64,000 nt of DNA, from assembly GCA_010405405.1 (NCBI GenBank), contig MU004230.1, positions 4,358,282-4,422,281 on the forward strand, read 5' to 3'. The notes below the pieces were generated by a model that saw only the letters and a list, made by a program, of their open reading frames with translations, ran no database searches and was not told where the DNA came from. Origin of the DNA: Microthyrium microscopicum (taxonomy: Eukaryota). This document shows, piece after piece, positions 49,476-62,992 of the stretch. Position numbers and translations under genes: made by a program. The stretch's first letter is position 1; each line of letters opens with the position of its first letter.

Positions 49476-52400
49476 AGTGTCTGGGTAAATATGTTGTAAA
49501 TTGGGATTGGTGGTTGATGGCATCGACGTCGAATGGGTGGTAGGCTGGTGGAGGAAGAAGCAGACTCGCAACCGAGCCAGGAGATTAAATAGTGCAATAA
49601 GCCAGAGCAGTGTCACTTTTGGAGGCCGACAAGTCAAGGAAAAGAATGATCTCCTGAGAGTCTGTGACCCTTTGTCAGTGGGATTCCTTGCTCATCTGAT
49701 TGTATTTTGCGATGATGGTCACTCCGTTGAAAACCAAGCATCGTATGCCCAGTGCCGACGAGAAGTTCTCTCAGTGACTTGAAGTAAACGCATGACTGGG
49801 GGAGTAAAGACTTACAAGATGTAGCCTGGGCCAGTTCGTGACTTTGCTGGGAAATGATCCCTTGGCCGCTGCGAGTAATAGTTCGAGCCTTGTATCACCC
49901 GCTCAGAGCTTTTGGCGTCCAATTTACCAGATTTCGTAAATTTTCATCCAAGTATCGGCCTCGATCTATTGCTATAGAATGAACTGCCGCTCAATAACAG
50001 GAACCAATGGGTTTCGCAGCTTATCCCTTGAACTGTAGATTGAAGTTTCTACTAGCGGATAGTCTCCTCGAGGCCACTGCGTTCGATCCTGTTCCTAAGA
50101 CATGTCAGAGAATGTGATATTAAATGGAAACCCAAAAAGTGACTTCAACTTTGGGAATTTTTCGAAAGATATCAAAGATGAGCTCCATGATACCCTCAAG
50201 AACAGTAGTAGCAATGAAGCACGTTTTGTGATCTAGCTAATCAATTTGAACTTACGGGGAATTAGGTAGTAATTAGTATGAGTGTAACTACACCAAGGTC
50301 GGCGTATATCGGCGGTTGATGGTAGGACAGCAGTCCAGGATAAAGTAAAAGGCTCCAACGTAGATGATGAAGAGATCTGAGTCTTAACAAACTGCAAAAC
50401 CAAAAGTGATGTGGAACGTTAGACTGTTTGAAGCTGCCGTCGATTCGAGATGGAAACCAGACATGGGGAAGAACGACATCAACCAGCTGGGGAGTGCCAC
50501 GGCGACCAAGCCCCCCAATGCCCACTGCTCCTAATACTTGAGCAGAGCGGTAAGAAGAGAGGACAGTTCACGAGGAGGTGGGTACCCAAACATGGTCTCA
50601 GGAACAAAGGAAGGCAAAGGAAAGCCACTGCACCAAAGCGCAGATAGCAAAATCCAAGCCGGACCTGTCAACAGACCAGATTTTTGAGGAGAAAACCAAT
50701 CAAACTTGTGGAAGTGTTTGGCTCCCTGCTCCGAGAAATGGCGTTTCTGCACCTGGGGATACACCCGCGGGGAGGCTACAGTGGAGATATCTGATCAATT
50801 GATAGCCTGAGCAGTTGATGGCTCCTTTCTTCTGATCATGTACTGTTTGATGTCAGAGTATCTCCATGTCCATTGCCCAAGAACATAGAATTTGATCTCA
50901 CTGTAGGCAGTAATAGATATCAATCGACTGTTCAATTAACAGTCATAAACGACTTGTGGAAAGACACCGACAATACAAAACGCTTTCAAGGTCCAAGCAT
51001 CGAAATTGCAAACGTAAAGTCTCGGCTTCTGGACGTTGGCGGCTGGGACGGATATGCGCGTTTGCATCCCAGCCATTCAAGCAATATAGCACTTGGATCG
51101 ATCTGACGAACTCAATTCGAAATCCTCGAGCGTCTCCGTAGAGAGACTCGAGACCCATGAGACCAGAAAAGCTCGTAAGGCTCAATCTATCAGAGCACGA
51201 GGTGTACAGACATAATCCTGACACTGATACACAATAACGGTCGGCAGAGCAATATGGTAGGACATAACCAAGGCAACCCAGAACTTCTGCACCAAATCCA
51301 AGTGACCCCTGCCTACAAGGCTGCCTTTTCCTTGCTGGAATTCTCCAGTCTGCGAGGCAAACGGTTACCTGCAGTAGTAGAAAGCATCAACAAGGACTGG
51401 ACCAGTATGCTTGCTCTTATGCTCGACTGCTGAGAGGAAGCGCAATGAGACAAGCCGTGATGTGTTGACAGGGAATATTGGCTTACTGGTTATGTTTAGG
51501 GGCTTCGCCTCACACAGCTCGAGTTGCAATCGTGATTGCGACTTCCAAGAACTATATCTGCCGTTCAAAGTTTCTGGGTCTCATGGTCACTGGCCTGGTA
51601 TAAATTTGATCAACGAATGACAGAACTGAGAATTCCACTAAATGCAGACAAATATCTGTTGATCATACAATCTCAACGTGGGCAATGTCACACGAATTCG
51701 GGGACTTTCGCGATATGTACCGTGTTCCCTCTGTGCTGCCTAACACTGAGCACCAAGAAAAGCATTTGAAGACCAGACCAAAATGGATTAGCGTTGGAGA
51801 CAATAAAGCCAAACTTCGAGTTTGATAACTCGTTCAGAAGTAAAAGTTGTCTCTGTTAGTCGAGATGTTGTTGTTTTGCTACCTGGTTCTGCCATTCTTC
51901 TGCCGTAGACCAGACGGCGAACGACGGAGACGACGGATATGGCTCGCAGCCGCGCAACTGATAGGCGAAATGAGATTCTACTCGCCGTCTAGTATCGACG
52001 TCGAATCATATATTCATATTGAAAATCCTTTTCTCGAGGTAAAGCGGGTTGTAGCACTGCTACCCGGTTTACCTTTCATTTGTGATACCAAGCTGTCAAA
52101 ACTGTCAAGCGGATGTACAACCCGACGGAGCTCAGGCAGATTCAGAGTTGGGTGGAAGTATTTATTGCATGTTTGGTTTCTGCTAAAAGAGCACTTGCAT
52201 AATCGTACTGCACTCTAATAGATCCTCTCGTGGCTCTATTGCTTGCACCGCCTGCGTCCATCACACAATGAAACCTTCTCCACCATTTCAAGACCAACGA
52301 GAATCACAGACCAATAACACAATCTACACCGACAGCACTAATTCCTTTTCGTCTGCCAGTCAGATCCTCACGTCCCACCGCCTTTTCCCTACCGGCGACT

Positions 52401-53749
52401 TTGCAATCCTTGCGCGGATAGCAGCAGGATCCCGCTTGTCGTGGCCGACAAACACCAGCCGTCCAGTCCTACCAATCACCGAGTCTTATGTCGACTGACA
52501 GCATTGGACCAACTCGTGGCTCAAGACACGCGGCAGCCCTATGGACTAGCTCTTATCTGGCATTCTTCCTTGGTAACGCACCGGTATGACCACGATGTGG
52601 CTCGCTACCAAGTATCTGCTCATTTACTAGCAAACCGAGAGCGCTTGATCATGGTCTTGTAAGGTACTTGTTTGAGGCCAAAAAGGACTCACTGACAAGT
52701 CAAAGGACGATGATGCTCATATGCCGTGAAATCCGGAATCTTTTGATCACGAGGTTCTGTCAGGTACACGAAGGGAAGCTTTCACTCGACTATTGAAGCC
52801 CGACCGGTTCAATAGGCAGAGCTGGAAGTCACTAAGAGATGAAAGCAGGCGAGCATACTACAAATATATCTCATGACATGCTTGGTCTGCTAAGTAGACG
52901 GAGCGATGGGCATCACTGCACTCTAGTGTCCCTGGAGGAAACAATAGCGGGATGCTGTAACTGCGGGAGGAAGCGAAGCTGAAGAGGTTACTCAGTGACC
53001 TCCTCAACGGTCGTTTGCACGTTGAGGCAACCCGACCACCAGACAAGCGAAAGAAATAACAGGACTTAAAAATCCCCGACACCAGGACGTCCAAAGAATA
53101 TGCCGATTGGGCTCATGGCGTCAAGTGTAGTTGTTGTCTGTGTTCGCTGACACCAGCCAACTGATTGCGACCACGGGTCCAAGTAGCAAGTGCGTGAGGT
53201 ACAACATGGTACAGATTCTGACAGCGCAATGTCGCGCGCTATGGTAGTCCCAAAATGTACTGGTGCCAGAGAGATACCCGCTACTTCATCTGAAGCAGAT
53301 TGTCAGATGAACGGACATCGCCGAGCATGGAGTAAAAATAATTGCAAACACAGCCACGGATGAGACGTTGTGTTGAGATTGAAGGATCTGAAAACAAGCA
53401 CAGTCCAGAGTACGGATTGCTCATGCGGCTGACAGTGCTGGTGGCTCAGAAGATAAGTAGTAAAATGCAACAAATTCAGACAATAGCGAAGTAAAATCAA
53501 TAGAACAAGTATTCATTAAGCGGCGGAGCCGGCAAACAGTAACACAGTACAAAGCAAGCAATCGTGAAGTAGTCATCACCCAAGCCAGTAATATCCTTCG
53601 CTATCCCGACTGACAAGCTCGTGACCCAGACAAGCACATTTTCGCCATGATAGAAACCCGTTAGCATAGTGAAGTAGTGAAAATAACACGACCGTCACAA
53701 TGGTCGCACAAAATGCATCATATCAACGCCAGCCATGGGTATTTCGCAA

Positions 53750-56700
53750 TCAATCACTATCATCATCAACCATGAAGGTATCCTCCTCCTCTGCACTCTC
53801 CTCCTCATCTTCGTCTTCATCAAAGACATATTTGTTCTTGGCAGCCTGGCGGCCAGCGCGAGCAGGACGAGCCTTGGCGACTGGGATGTCATCCGAGTCG
53901 TCGTCGAGGATATCATCTGCAAGGAGCTCCTCATCATCCGAGTCGGGTTCAACAATCTTCTTTGCCGTCTTCTTGGTTGCACCTGCGGTAGTCTTGGCCT
54001 GCTTTGCAGCGTAGGCTTTGGCAGCGGGCGATAGCTGGACAACTTTCTTGGGAACAACAATTGGAGCCGCCTTGGCTTTAGCTGCCTTAGTCTTCGCGAG
54101 AGGCTTAGCGGCCGTGCCGTTTGTCTTTTTCGCTGCCGCCTTTGGTTTGGGAGGCGGCATGTCGAAAGAGTCGTTTAGAAGATCGTCGTCATCGTCGTCA
54201 ACCTCCATGGCATCTCCTGCGCGACGAACCGCTGGACGAATAGGTGAGCCAGCAGGGATGAGGCTCTTGTAGTCCGTCTCATCTATACCGTCAGAATCGT
54301 CCGCGAGGTCCATCATGCTTTTGACCTTGGAAATACTACGGGGTGCCAGACCATGACTGCTAGAGGGACGGGCTGTAGTGTTCGAGAACAGAGGGCGCGA
54401 GCCTGAGGAGGTATTTTCGTTGCTGCCGATACCCTTGACCATCATACTAACGTCGCCAAGCATATCATCACCAGTGGACTCTTCGCTATCGCTGTCAGAC
54501 AGTGCGTACTTCTTCGCAGCAGCAGCACGACGCTGACGAACAGGTTTGGTCTCTTGTGCAGCAGACTCGAACATGTCGTCGATCTCGGATAATTGCTCTT
54601 TCTTGGCAGCTGCTTTGGCCGGGGGTTTGGTAGCGATCGTCGTTGGCTTTTCTGCAGAAAGGCGAGCGCGTTTCTTGGGCTTGGATTTGGGCTCCCAGAT
54701 CTTCAATTTAGTATCAACCTCCTTTTCCTCCTTGGCCCCATCAACGGCATCAAAGTCATCGATGTCCATAAAGTCGTCATTGGCTTTTGGTGCAGCTTTT
54801 GGTGTAGGTGGAGATTGAGTCGATTTTTGGAAGTAACTCTCCAACACCGACTTTTGTTTGACGGCAGGCGCCTTGGCTTTAGGAGCAGCTTCCTTGGGTT
54901 TGGCAGCAGGCTTCTTGGGTTTCTTGGTCATGAACTCATCATCGCTATCATCCTCACCCTTTCGCTTGCGCTTAGCAGGTTTACCAGCAAGACCGAGTTT
55001 GGACGAGCCGCGGCGACCAGCACTACGGGACTTCTTGGCTCGTGTCTTCTCGTCTTCGAGCTGGGTGTGCCACTCATTGACGAAATCGTCAAGATCTGTA
55101 GTCCAAAGGTCCTTGGGGCTCAGCTTGATAAGAGTGTCGATTTCGAGTTCCTTGTCGCCAATCTGTTTCATGAGCTTCTCTACACGCTCTTGTGTCAATG
55201 ACCAGATGGCCATGCCCAAGAGGTAGTCAAAGTCAGCAGCGCCGCCAGCCATTTGCTCCTCGTTGTCTGCGGCTTCGTCCTCGTCTTCGACGGTGAGTTC
55301 CTTTTCGCCCGCCTTGGCTGCGTCCTCCTTCTTGGGAAAGGGTTTGAACTTCAAGGAACGAAGTTCCTCTACAAGAACAGCCTTCTTTTTCTTCGACACG
55401 GACAATTTACCATCGATAATCATCTTGATAAAGCGAGCTTGATTGGTAGAACGTTCAAGGTCCTTGTTCATCTCATCAAGGAGGTGTTGCTGTTCTTGCG
55501 TTAGCTATTATTCATCAGAATGCATAGAAGCTACATACCTTGCGTTTCTCGTAAAACTTGAGACGAACGTGATAGAATTCCTCCATAATGTCAAGCGCAG
55601 TTTCGTACTTGTGGATACGACCTTCGGCATCAAAAGCAACCAGATTTGTTGTGCTCATCGTTTTGGTAAGCTTGAAAGTTTCCTCAAGTCCTTTGCTCAT
55701 GGTGGACTCCATATGCTTATCGTCCATCTTGATAACGAAATGTACTGTAGTAGGCGTATTGTATTCTGCGTAGTCTTTGATGAAGGAAGGCACTTTCTCC
55801 GCTTTGATGATGTCTTCAAGCTTATCCTTGAAATCTTGAGTCCAGTATCGAATGGGCAACTCGGTGATTTCAACCTCGTTGGAGCCAGTTTTTTCCGCAA
55901 TACCGGAGAAGGAGTATTTGTTTGCACCGAGATCTTGAACTTCGCCTTTGAAACCACGAAACCAAGGTTGCATAGGAAGCATATCTTCCTTGCATGTACC
56001 TGACATCCGCCGCTTGAGGTTGTCAACGATGTCCACAGGGTTGAAATTGGGAATAGAAGTGCTCCAACCGGTACCAATACCATCAGCTCCATTGAGAAGG
56101 ACAAGTGGAACAATGGGGACATAGTTGAAAGGCTCAATAGCCTTGCCATCGTCGAGATGGTAGTTCAAGAGAGGAGCGTCGGCTGCGTGGAAAATGCGAC
56201 GCGCAAATGGAGAAAGACGCGTGTAGATGTAACGAGGGCTGGCCGAATCTTGGCCCCCTAGGCGACGACTACCAAAGTTACCGCTTGGCTCTAGGAGATT
56301 GATGTTGTTTGATCCAACAAATGTTTGAGCTAGACCGACGATGGTTTGCTGAAGTGAAGTTTCTCCATATGGGTATGCAGTCATTCCAGAGACTGTACCA
56401 GACAACTCGACAACCTTTCGATCCTTTTTTAAGTTGATTCGGAAACAGGTGTACATGACCTTGCGTTGGGAAGGCTTCAGACCATCGATGACCGAAGGAA
56501 TGGATCGCATGTTATCAGCCATGCTGAACAAAATGAGCTCCTTGTTGACAAACGAATCGTAGGACAGAGTAGGAGGTCCCATATCTAGAAAAGTGCCTGG
56601 GACAAAATCACGTAGCCAGTTCTTTCGAGCATCTGCCTTTTTCTTCGAGAAAGCCAAATCGATCATTTGAGCCTCATCCGGCTGCATGGCTTCAAACTCT

Positions 56701-58984
56701 TTCAGATGACGATCCAGGTCGCGGAAGTAGGATTCAGCTTCTTCTGTCGAGCTAGTACCCAATCCTTTGTAATACTTGTGTTCCCAAGTGCCATTTCCAG
56801 GCTGTTTACGCCAATCTTCATATTCGGGCATGGTATAGAAGACTTTGGACTTGGTTGGATGCTTTGCATCTCCTTTCCAGCATTTGACGATTGGAGTGAT
56901 GAACACTTGCAGAAACTTTTCAATCTTCAGTAGACTAGGGAATTGTGTCTCCAAGAAATTGATCAATAAGCCTTTGATATGGCTACCATCGTGATCCTGA
57001 TCAGTCATGATCATGAGATGTCCATATCGCAAGCCACGGGTATCAGTGTACTCTTTTTTGTGTTGAAGTCCCATGAATTTTTTGATATTCTGAATTTCTT
57101 GGTTTTCGGTGATCTGCTTGATGGATGCATCTCGAACGTTGAGCAGTTTACCGCGGAGTGGGAAGACGCCGATATGATCGGGATCAAGCACAGCTCGACC
57201 TGCAAGCGCAAGGCCGCTAGCAGAATCACCTTCTGTGAGAATGAGGGTACACTTCCAACCATCTTTGGTACCAGCTTTGTTTGCGTCGGTTAACTTGGAG
57301 TTGTTCATGCGTGCGCGCTTGCTACCATCAGACTTGGCCATCAGTTGGTCGGCCTTTCGAGCAGCAAAGTCCATAATGTTCTTCATGACGTGTGTCTTGA
57401 GAATTTTCTTGAAGAAAGCGTCGCTCAGAGGGCATTTGCTGCCAAACTGGCCTTGCTTTGTGGTGAGCTGCTCTTTGGTCTGCGATGTGAACGCTGGGTT
57501 GACAATTTTGCAATTGAGAAAGAGGAAGATATGATTCGAGATTTGAGCAGGTTTCAATTGAACACCCTTCTTGTTGTCCTTTTTGAGTTGTGCCAGCAGC
57601 TTTTCAATGATCTGATCTGACACGGATTTGACATGCGTGCCACCAAGTGTTGTGGCGATAGAGTTTACAAATGAGACTTGTTTGAAAGAGCCATCAGATA
57701 CTGCGAATCCTACAGTCCAACGCTCGTTGGGGGTATCCACGACGATGACTGGACCTTTGTCGTCCTCGGCATCTGGGCCTTGTTCCGCTTGTATAGCCTT
57801 GGTGTACATGCGCATGTAGTCTTGGAAATTCTTGATTTTGATGCGAGTACCATTAAGTGACACTCTGACACCATCGCATGTACCGGCCATGTCGTAAATT
57901 CGGCGTTTGACAAGAGCTTCAAAATCATCGTCCATACCTTCCATACCAAACTTTTCATAGTCGGGGTGGAACGTGACCTTGGTGTAATCCTTGCCAGAGA
58001 AATCGGTGATTTTGGCCTTGCTCTTTTTGCTCATGTTGTCATTCCACGTCTGCTTGTACTTCTTCTTGCGCTTAGAATCGACCGTCTCGAGAGAGAATTC
58101 GGTACTGAAGACGTTACACAGCTTGGCGCCGTAACCGTTGCGACCACCGGTAACCTTGGCTTGGTTGTCATCATAATTGGACGACGACAGAAGATGGCCA
58201 AAAATCATTTCCGGAATGTAGATGCCTTGTTGCTTGTGAATTTCAATGGGGATACCTTTTCCATCATTTTGGACGCTAATTTCTCCCTTTTCACGGTCAA
58301 CAGTAACCTTGATTTCGCTCATGGTCTTGTCGTTTTGCTTGTTGTCTGCGGCGTTGACCAAGATTTCATCGAATATCTTGTAAAGACCTGGGACATAGTT
58401 GACCTTGCGGAATTCCATTTGATCGGACTCTGAGTTGTACACCCACATCTCTTGGTCCGTCCGCTCTACCGAACCAATGTACGTATCAGGACGAATGAGA
58501 ATGTGTTCGAGATGTGAAATCTTCTTGTATTTGTCGCTGGCTTCAGCGGGGGCTTTGCCCAACTCGACGAGTTCGCCGTCTTCTGCCATACCGAAGCTTT
58601 CGTTTGCAATTTCAGCGAGAGGTTTGCCACTGAACTTCTTCACGGCGGGTGCCTTTTTGGCCTTTTTCGGAGGAGTATTGGAAAGAAGGGAATCGTTGCC
58701 GACGGTGGCTTCGTCTTCGTCGGAGTTCTCAATGTCAGAGTCTAGTTTTGCGCGTTTCTTTGAAGCGGCAGCTTTGGATTTTGTAGTCGCAGGCTTTTTC
58801 GCCTTTGACGCGACTGCGGCCTTTTTAGGCATGGCTTTTGGTTTCTGAGATTTCAATAAGCACCAGTGAAATTGATGTAATGAGTAAGGAGAATAATCTG
58901 AAAACTCACCTTTTCCATGACAAAGTCTGAACTTTCCGCTCCGTCTGAAAAGACAGAATCCTCAAGGAGAGACTCGTCGTCCAT
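53750..58984 (-). CDS. TOP2: DNA topoisomerase II, 3 exons
   Basis: Introns 58845-58909 and 55490-55538. GHKL motifs 'EHILIRPDTYIGS', 'FDEILVNAADN', 'GGRNGYGAK'; TOPRIM motifs 'LTEGDSA', 'PLRGK', 'MTDQDHDGSHIKGL'; catalytic 'SPRYIYT'; charged C-terminal domain. Confidence 0.98.
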
Positions 58985-60490
58985 TATGGCGGGTGCGACG
59001 CGCTTCGCAAAAGGAGATAGAGCGTTTGACAAAAACAATCCAGGAAGAGAGGGCGCGAATATCAACGAACGGCTGAATCGGGTAAACGAAGTGAGGGTTG
59101 AAAGTTGAATGCTCAGAGAGAATGGTGGGAGCGTGTAGTTGGGGGGAGTAAAGAGTTCGAGATGGAGTTGGGGTTTGTTTACGAGGGAGTTGCTAACGAG
59201 TAACGACACGAGGCGTGCCTGCCGCGTTTTGAGTACAATGGATCCGTGCATGTGGCGCATGGCGCTTGCAGTTGTGGCGCATGATGTTTATATGTGGCGC
59301 AACCACCAAAAATCCATCATCACCCAAATTTCACTCCGTTCTTCTGGTTTTGGTAATGTACTGCTTTCGAATAGCTTTAAGACACTTGCGGCATTAAAAT
59401 ATAGTGTGTGGGTTAAGTTCAAGGTCAAGATCGGCCCTGAGCTAACACTTGTGCCGAGCTCAGGCTGCTGTTCGTATACAGGTACCTAGGTACCTACTCT
59501 TATCATTCTTACAAATAGCGTTACGTGGAATGAACTCTTTCAGTATTTACTTCTGGTAATCTTTGACCCCAAGTCTATACATCGTCTACTATGGTAATGG
59601 CAGAGGCTATCATACCAAGCTGACTTCAAAAAATCTTTCCAACAACATGCTCCATACTTATGCTTGATTCAGGGAATACATGTTCATGTCTGCGTCCACT
59701 TGCAGATTGGTGCATTTCAAGCAGCATCCGCGTGGTAGTCAAACACCTCAGCCAGCTTTTCATTATATCTTACCACCCCTACGAGGAGGCGGAACAGTAA
59801 ACATGTACACCTCCACTTGCTTGAAGCCCTCGGTGGAGTGAGCAAAGGAATCATAACACAATGACCTCAAGAGAACCGTGGTTTCGTGCATCTCGGAGCT
59901 AGTTAGCTCATCTAGCTAAGCAGTGACTGCCAGCCATCATGGAGTTACATCAAACCACATAGGAAAGAAAGGGTACAAGTATCGGAGGACAGAAAAATCA
60001 TAGGAGGAGAGAAGGAGAAGTAGCAGTATGAACGCTTTCAGACACCAAACAAGAACACTATAAACAACACTTGACATCTAAGTCATTGAATCAGGTAAAA
60101 AGTACTCCATGAATGGCAATATTCTCACATGAAGAGTCCACAAACACTCGAGATAATATGGCTAAGATGCGTAAAAGTCTCCAAACAGCAAGTCTCACTA
60201 TGTTCCCAAAGTCCAACTAACATGATAGATAATACAAAGATTCAAACATCTCAAAGTAGTGCGCATACTAGAAACATGAAAAGTTTTGTTGGCTACAAGA
60301 GTGATAGCTATGAGGGAAATGTTCCAATCTCCAGCCTATCAAATGTTCGGAAAGAATGCTTTGAGAAGAAAGACTATGGTCTGATGTCACCTGCTTTAGA
60401 TGAGTGGGATTTGTGAGCGATTCTCGGAACGGAATGTGAGATGATCAAGTCGCTGCTGATATAATATCGAATTCGGTCTGAGTTGTCCAC

Positions 60491-61738
60491 TCATTCGTTG
60501 GGACGGGGACGCTTAGCTCCGTGTGGATTGCCCCATTGATTGCCGTCATTGGCTTGTCCCTGGTGGCCTTGGTGGCCTCCTTGAAAGAAGCCTGGGTTGA
60601 AGTGCTGCCCTTGAAAGCCTCCTGAAATCACGTTAGCACCCTATGATAAAAGAGTCAGAATCATATTTACCACCCATGGCTCCCATCATGCCGCCTGGCA
60701 TCCCCATGCCGCCCATTGGCATACCGGTCATATTCATGCCGGCCATTGGGCCCATCATGTTCGGAGTTGGACCACCCATACCTCCTCTTCCTCGATTTGG
60801 AATTCCACCACCTCGCATGCCACCCATCATGCCACCACGATTGAAGCCGCCGTTATAAGGAGCGCCATATGGCATTCCCATGTTGCCGGCTGCCATGTTG
60901 TTGATGGGGGCCATGCCAGCGCCAGCAAAGTTTCCGCGGTTATAACCACCCATTCCACCACCGCCACGGTTGTAGCCACCACCACGATTCCCACGATAAG
61001 AGTTACTACCGCTGCTGAAGTTGCTGTTGGTCGGACTGCCACTGTACCCGGATGTCGAATTGCCAGAAAATGTTCTCTCTGGGCGGGAGTCGTGGTTACG
61101 CTTAGAGTTGTCCTTGGGTGTCGTTTTATAGGGATTGGAACCGCCGTGGTAGAAAGTTGCGATGGGCTTCTTAGGGTCATTTGGGATTTCTAGTGTGTCG
61201 ATTTGGCGCTTTACTGCAGTGGCCGCTGCTTGTGTCTCGAATTCTACGTAGACTTGTCTTGAAGTAGTCAGAATGGTTATTTCATGCATGGTAGGTTTAA
61301 AGTTCAGTGAGGAGCTTACCCTTTAGATTTCCCATTGACTTTATGCTCATTGAAGGTGATTTCTTTGAGTTCTGATTCGGAATCAGCTAGAACGCACCAA
61401 CCTCTGACATGGTCCTCGGTGATCCACCAGTGTAGATCCACTATCTGAACAGCATGGGAGGCATTGGGGTCGACTACTCGGTCATCTGCTGTACTCTTAC
61501 GCTTAACACCTTGCTGTGGTGGATTGGTCTGCTCTATAGATGCTGAATTTGTTGTGGTGTCCATTTCTTCTGGCTGGTTATTTGTTGCCTCCGTGGGAGC
61601 CGCATTCTGAGAACCATTCTGGTTGGTTGCCGCTTGAGTATTCGATTGTTCGGTTTGCCCTGCGCCATTATTCCCATGTTCTTCCTGGCCGCCTTCATCG
61701 CCGTAAATATCGAGTTCAAAATTATCCTCTTCCGCCAT
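60491..61738 (-). CDS. RBP35: RRM/RGG RNA-binding protein, CFIm68/CPSF6-like (Rbp35 of filamentous fungi), 3 exons
   Basis: Introns 61258-61319 and 60622-60670. N-terminal 'ELDIYGD', CPSF6-type RRM 'LHWWITEDHVRGW...ITFNEHKVNGKSKGQVYVEF', RGG boxes, M/N/G-rich region, C-terminal 'WGNPHGAKRPR'. Confidence 0.85.
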
Positions 61739-62290
61739 TTTGGACGATTTGATTGGTTGATTTAGCGAGTTGGTTGCAAATGTCTCCCTAGCTCAAAATC
61801 CCATGCACGAAGGCTTTTGAGATATTCTCTTTCGAGAATATATATACAGGCGGGATGTAGGTGACGAATCTCTGTGAGAGACAAACAATGCCATTAGCTC
61901 TAATACACGACTGCCAAATGATTTGAAGCGGCATGATGACCAGGGCTAAAGCCAATATGGTCTGAAAAGTGTGCCAAGTGGGACAAGACAGGATATAACG
62001 GAAATACGTACAGAATGGGTAGACAGCAGACCAAAGAAGAGATGACAGGATTGCTGAGGTTTGATGATAGGAAACAAGAAGGTGAGTGAACAGAGGATGA
62101 TAGAAATCCGTTTTGCAACCTAGAGTGAATCCAAAACTTCTGAAATGTAATATGCAAGTCGATATGACAGAGGAGACAAAGTCAATTGGAAGGACAGGCG
62201 AGTTTCAATGGGACAATTGGTGGAGAAAAGACGGCCTGATAACCAGCAGTTAGTCTCAGCCCAAGAGCTCCGATTCACGAGTAAACAAAC
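61739..62290 (-). promoter_or_regulatory. Candidate long 5'UTR of the Rbp35-like gene with two introns, a micro-uORF and UGUA motifs
   Basis: Putative introns 62236-62290 (GTTTGT..ACTAAC..CAG) and 61872-62011 (GTACGT..GCTAAT..CAG). uORF ATG GGA TTT TGA at 61804-61793. Sense TGTA at 61845-61848, 61904-61907 and 62009-62012. Confidence 0.55.
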
Positions 62291-62992
62291 CTGGTTAATT
62301 GCCAGTGAGGTTTGAGATATAATTCGAGAATCTTAGAAGTGGAATTTTCTAGGCAAGACCTTGAAAGGGACCGGCCGAAATGTGAGTATGTGAGTGCAGT
62401 CGCGCAGCCTACTGTCCAGACGCAAGCTTCACGATCGAGCGTGTAACAGTTGCAGTAAGCCCCAGTAGTCAGAGTCAACGACAATGCGGCTAATATCAAT
62501 GTTGAGTGGACGAATAGCAGGATGATCGAAAGGAGAGCTTTTGGTAAGACGCAGTAAGGTTATAGCTCCGCGCGTATGAATCCAGTTGTAGAAGTCTTGA
62601 ATCTGAAGATAGAGTATAAAGAGGAGGCCGGCGACGAGGGGTTTTCGTTAACAATCAGCGATGATGAGATGAGTGGAAGCGACGGTCTTCCCGTAGTAGT
62701 TAGTGAGAGTGAGAGAGGTGCAAAAGGCGAAGTTGAGATGGGAACTTGGAAGGAGCTGCTGCTGCACGCTTGAGGGTCTGCCCACCTCAACATCCCTGCT
62801 GCAGCGCAACAGCGCTAAACTCTTTTGAAAAATCCTAGAAAGGGTCACTGCTGTGGTCCATGTGGCTTCATGGCCAACAGTTGTTCTCTTCCTAAACACA
62901 ACACTGTTCATCCTTCTGAACATACCACTCCCTCACGACTCTATAATCCAACCTTTTGATCACCATACGCCTCATCGCATCAAACCATCAAC

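Noticed and set aside
52268..53220. Short ORFs plus an intron-like GTAAGG..CTGAC..AAG suggesting a pseudogene
   Set aside because: Stops occur at roughly random frequency and I recognise no domain.
59480..59495. AGGTACCTAGGTACCT palindrome (similar words at 586-600 and about 9920-9937)
   Set aside because: Short TAGGTA/TACCTA words are common in filamentous-fungal intergenic DNA and no larger element surrounds them.
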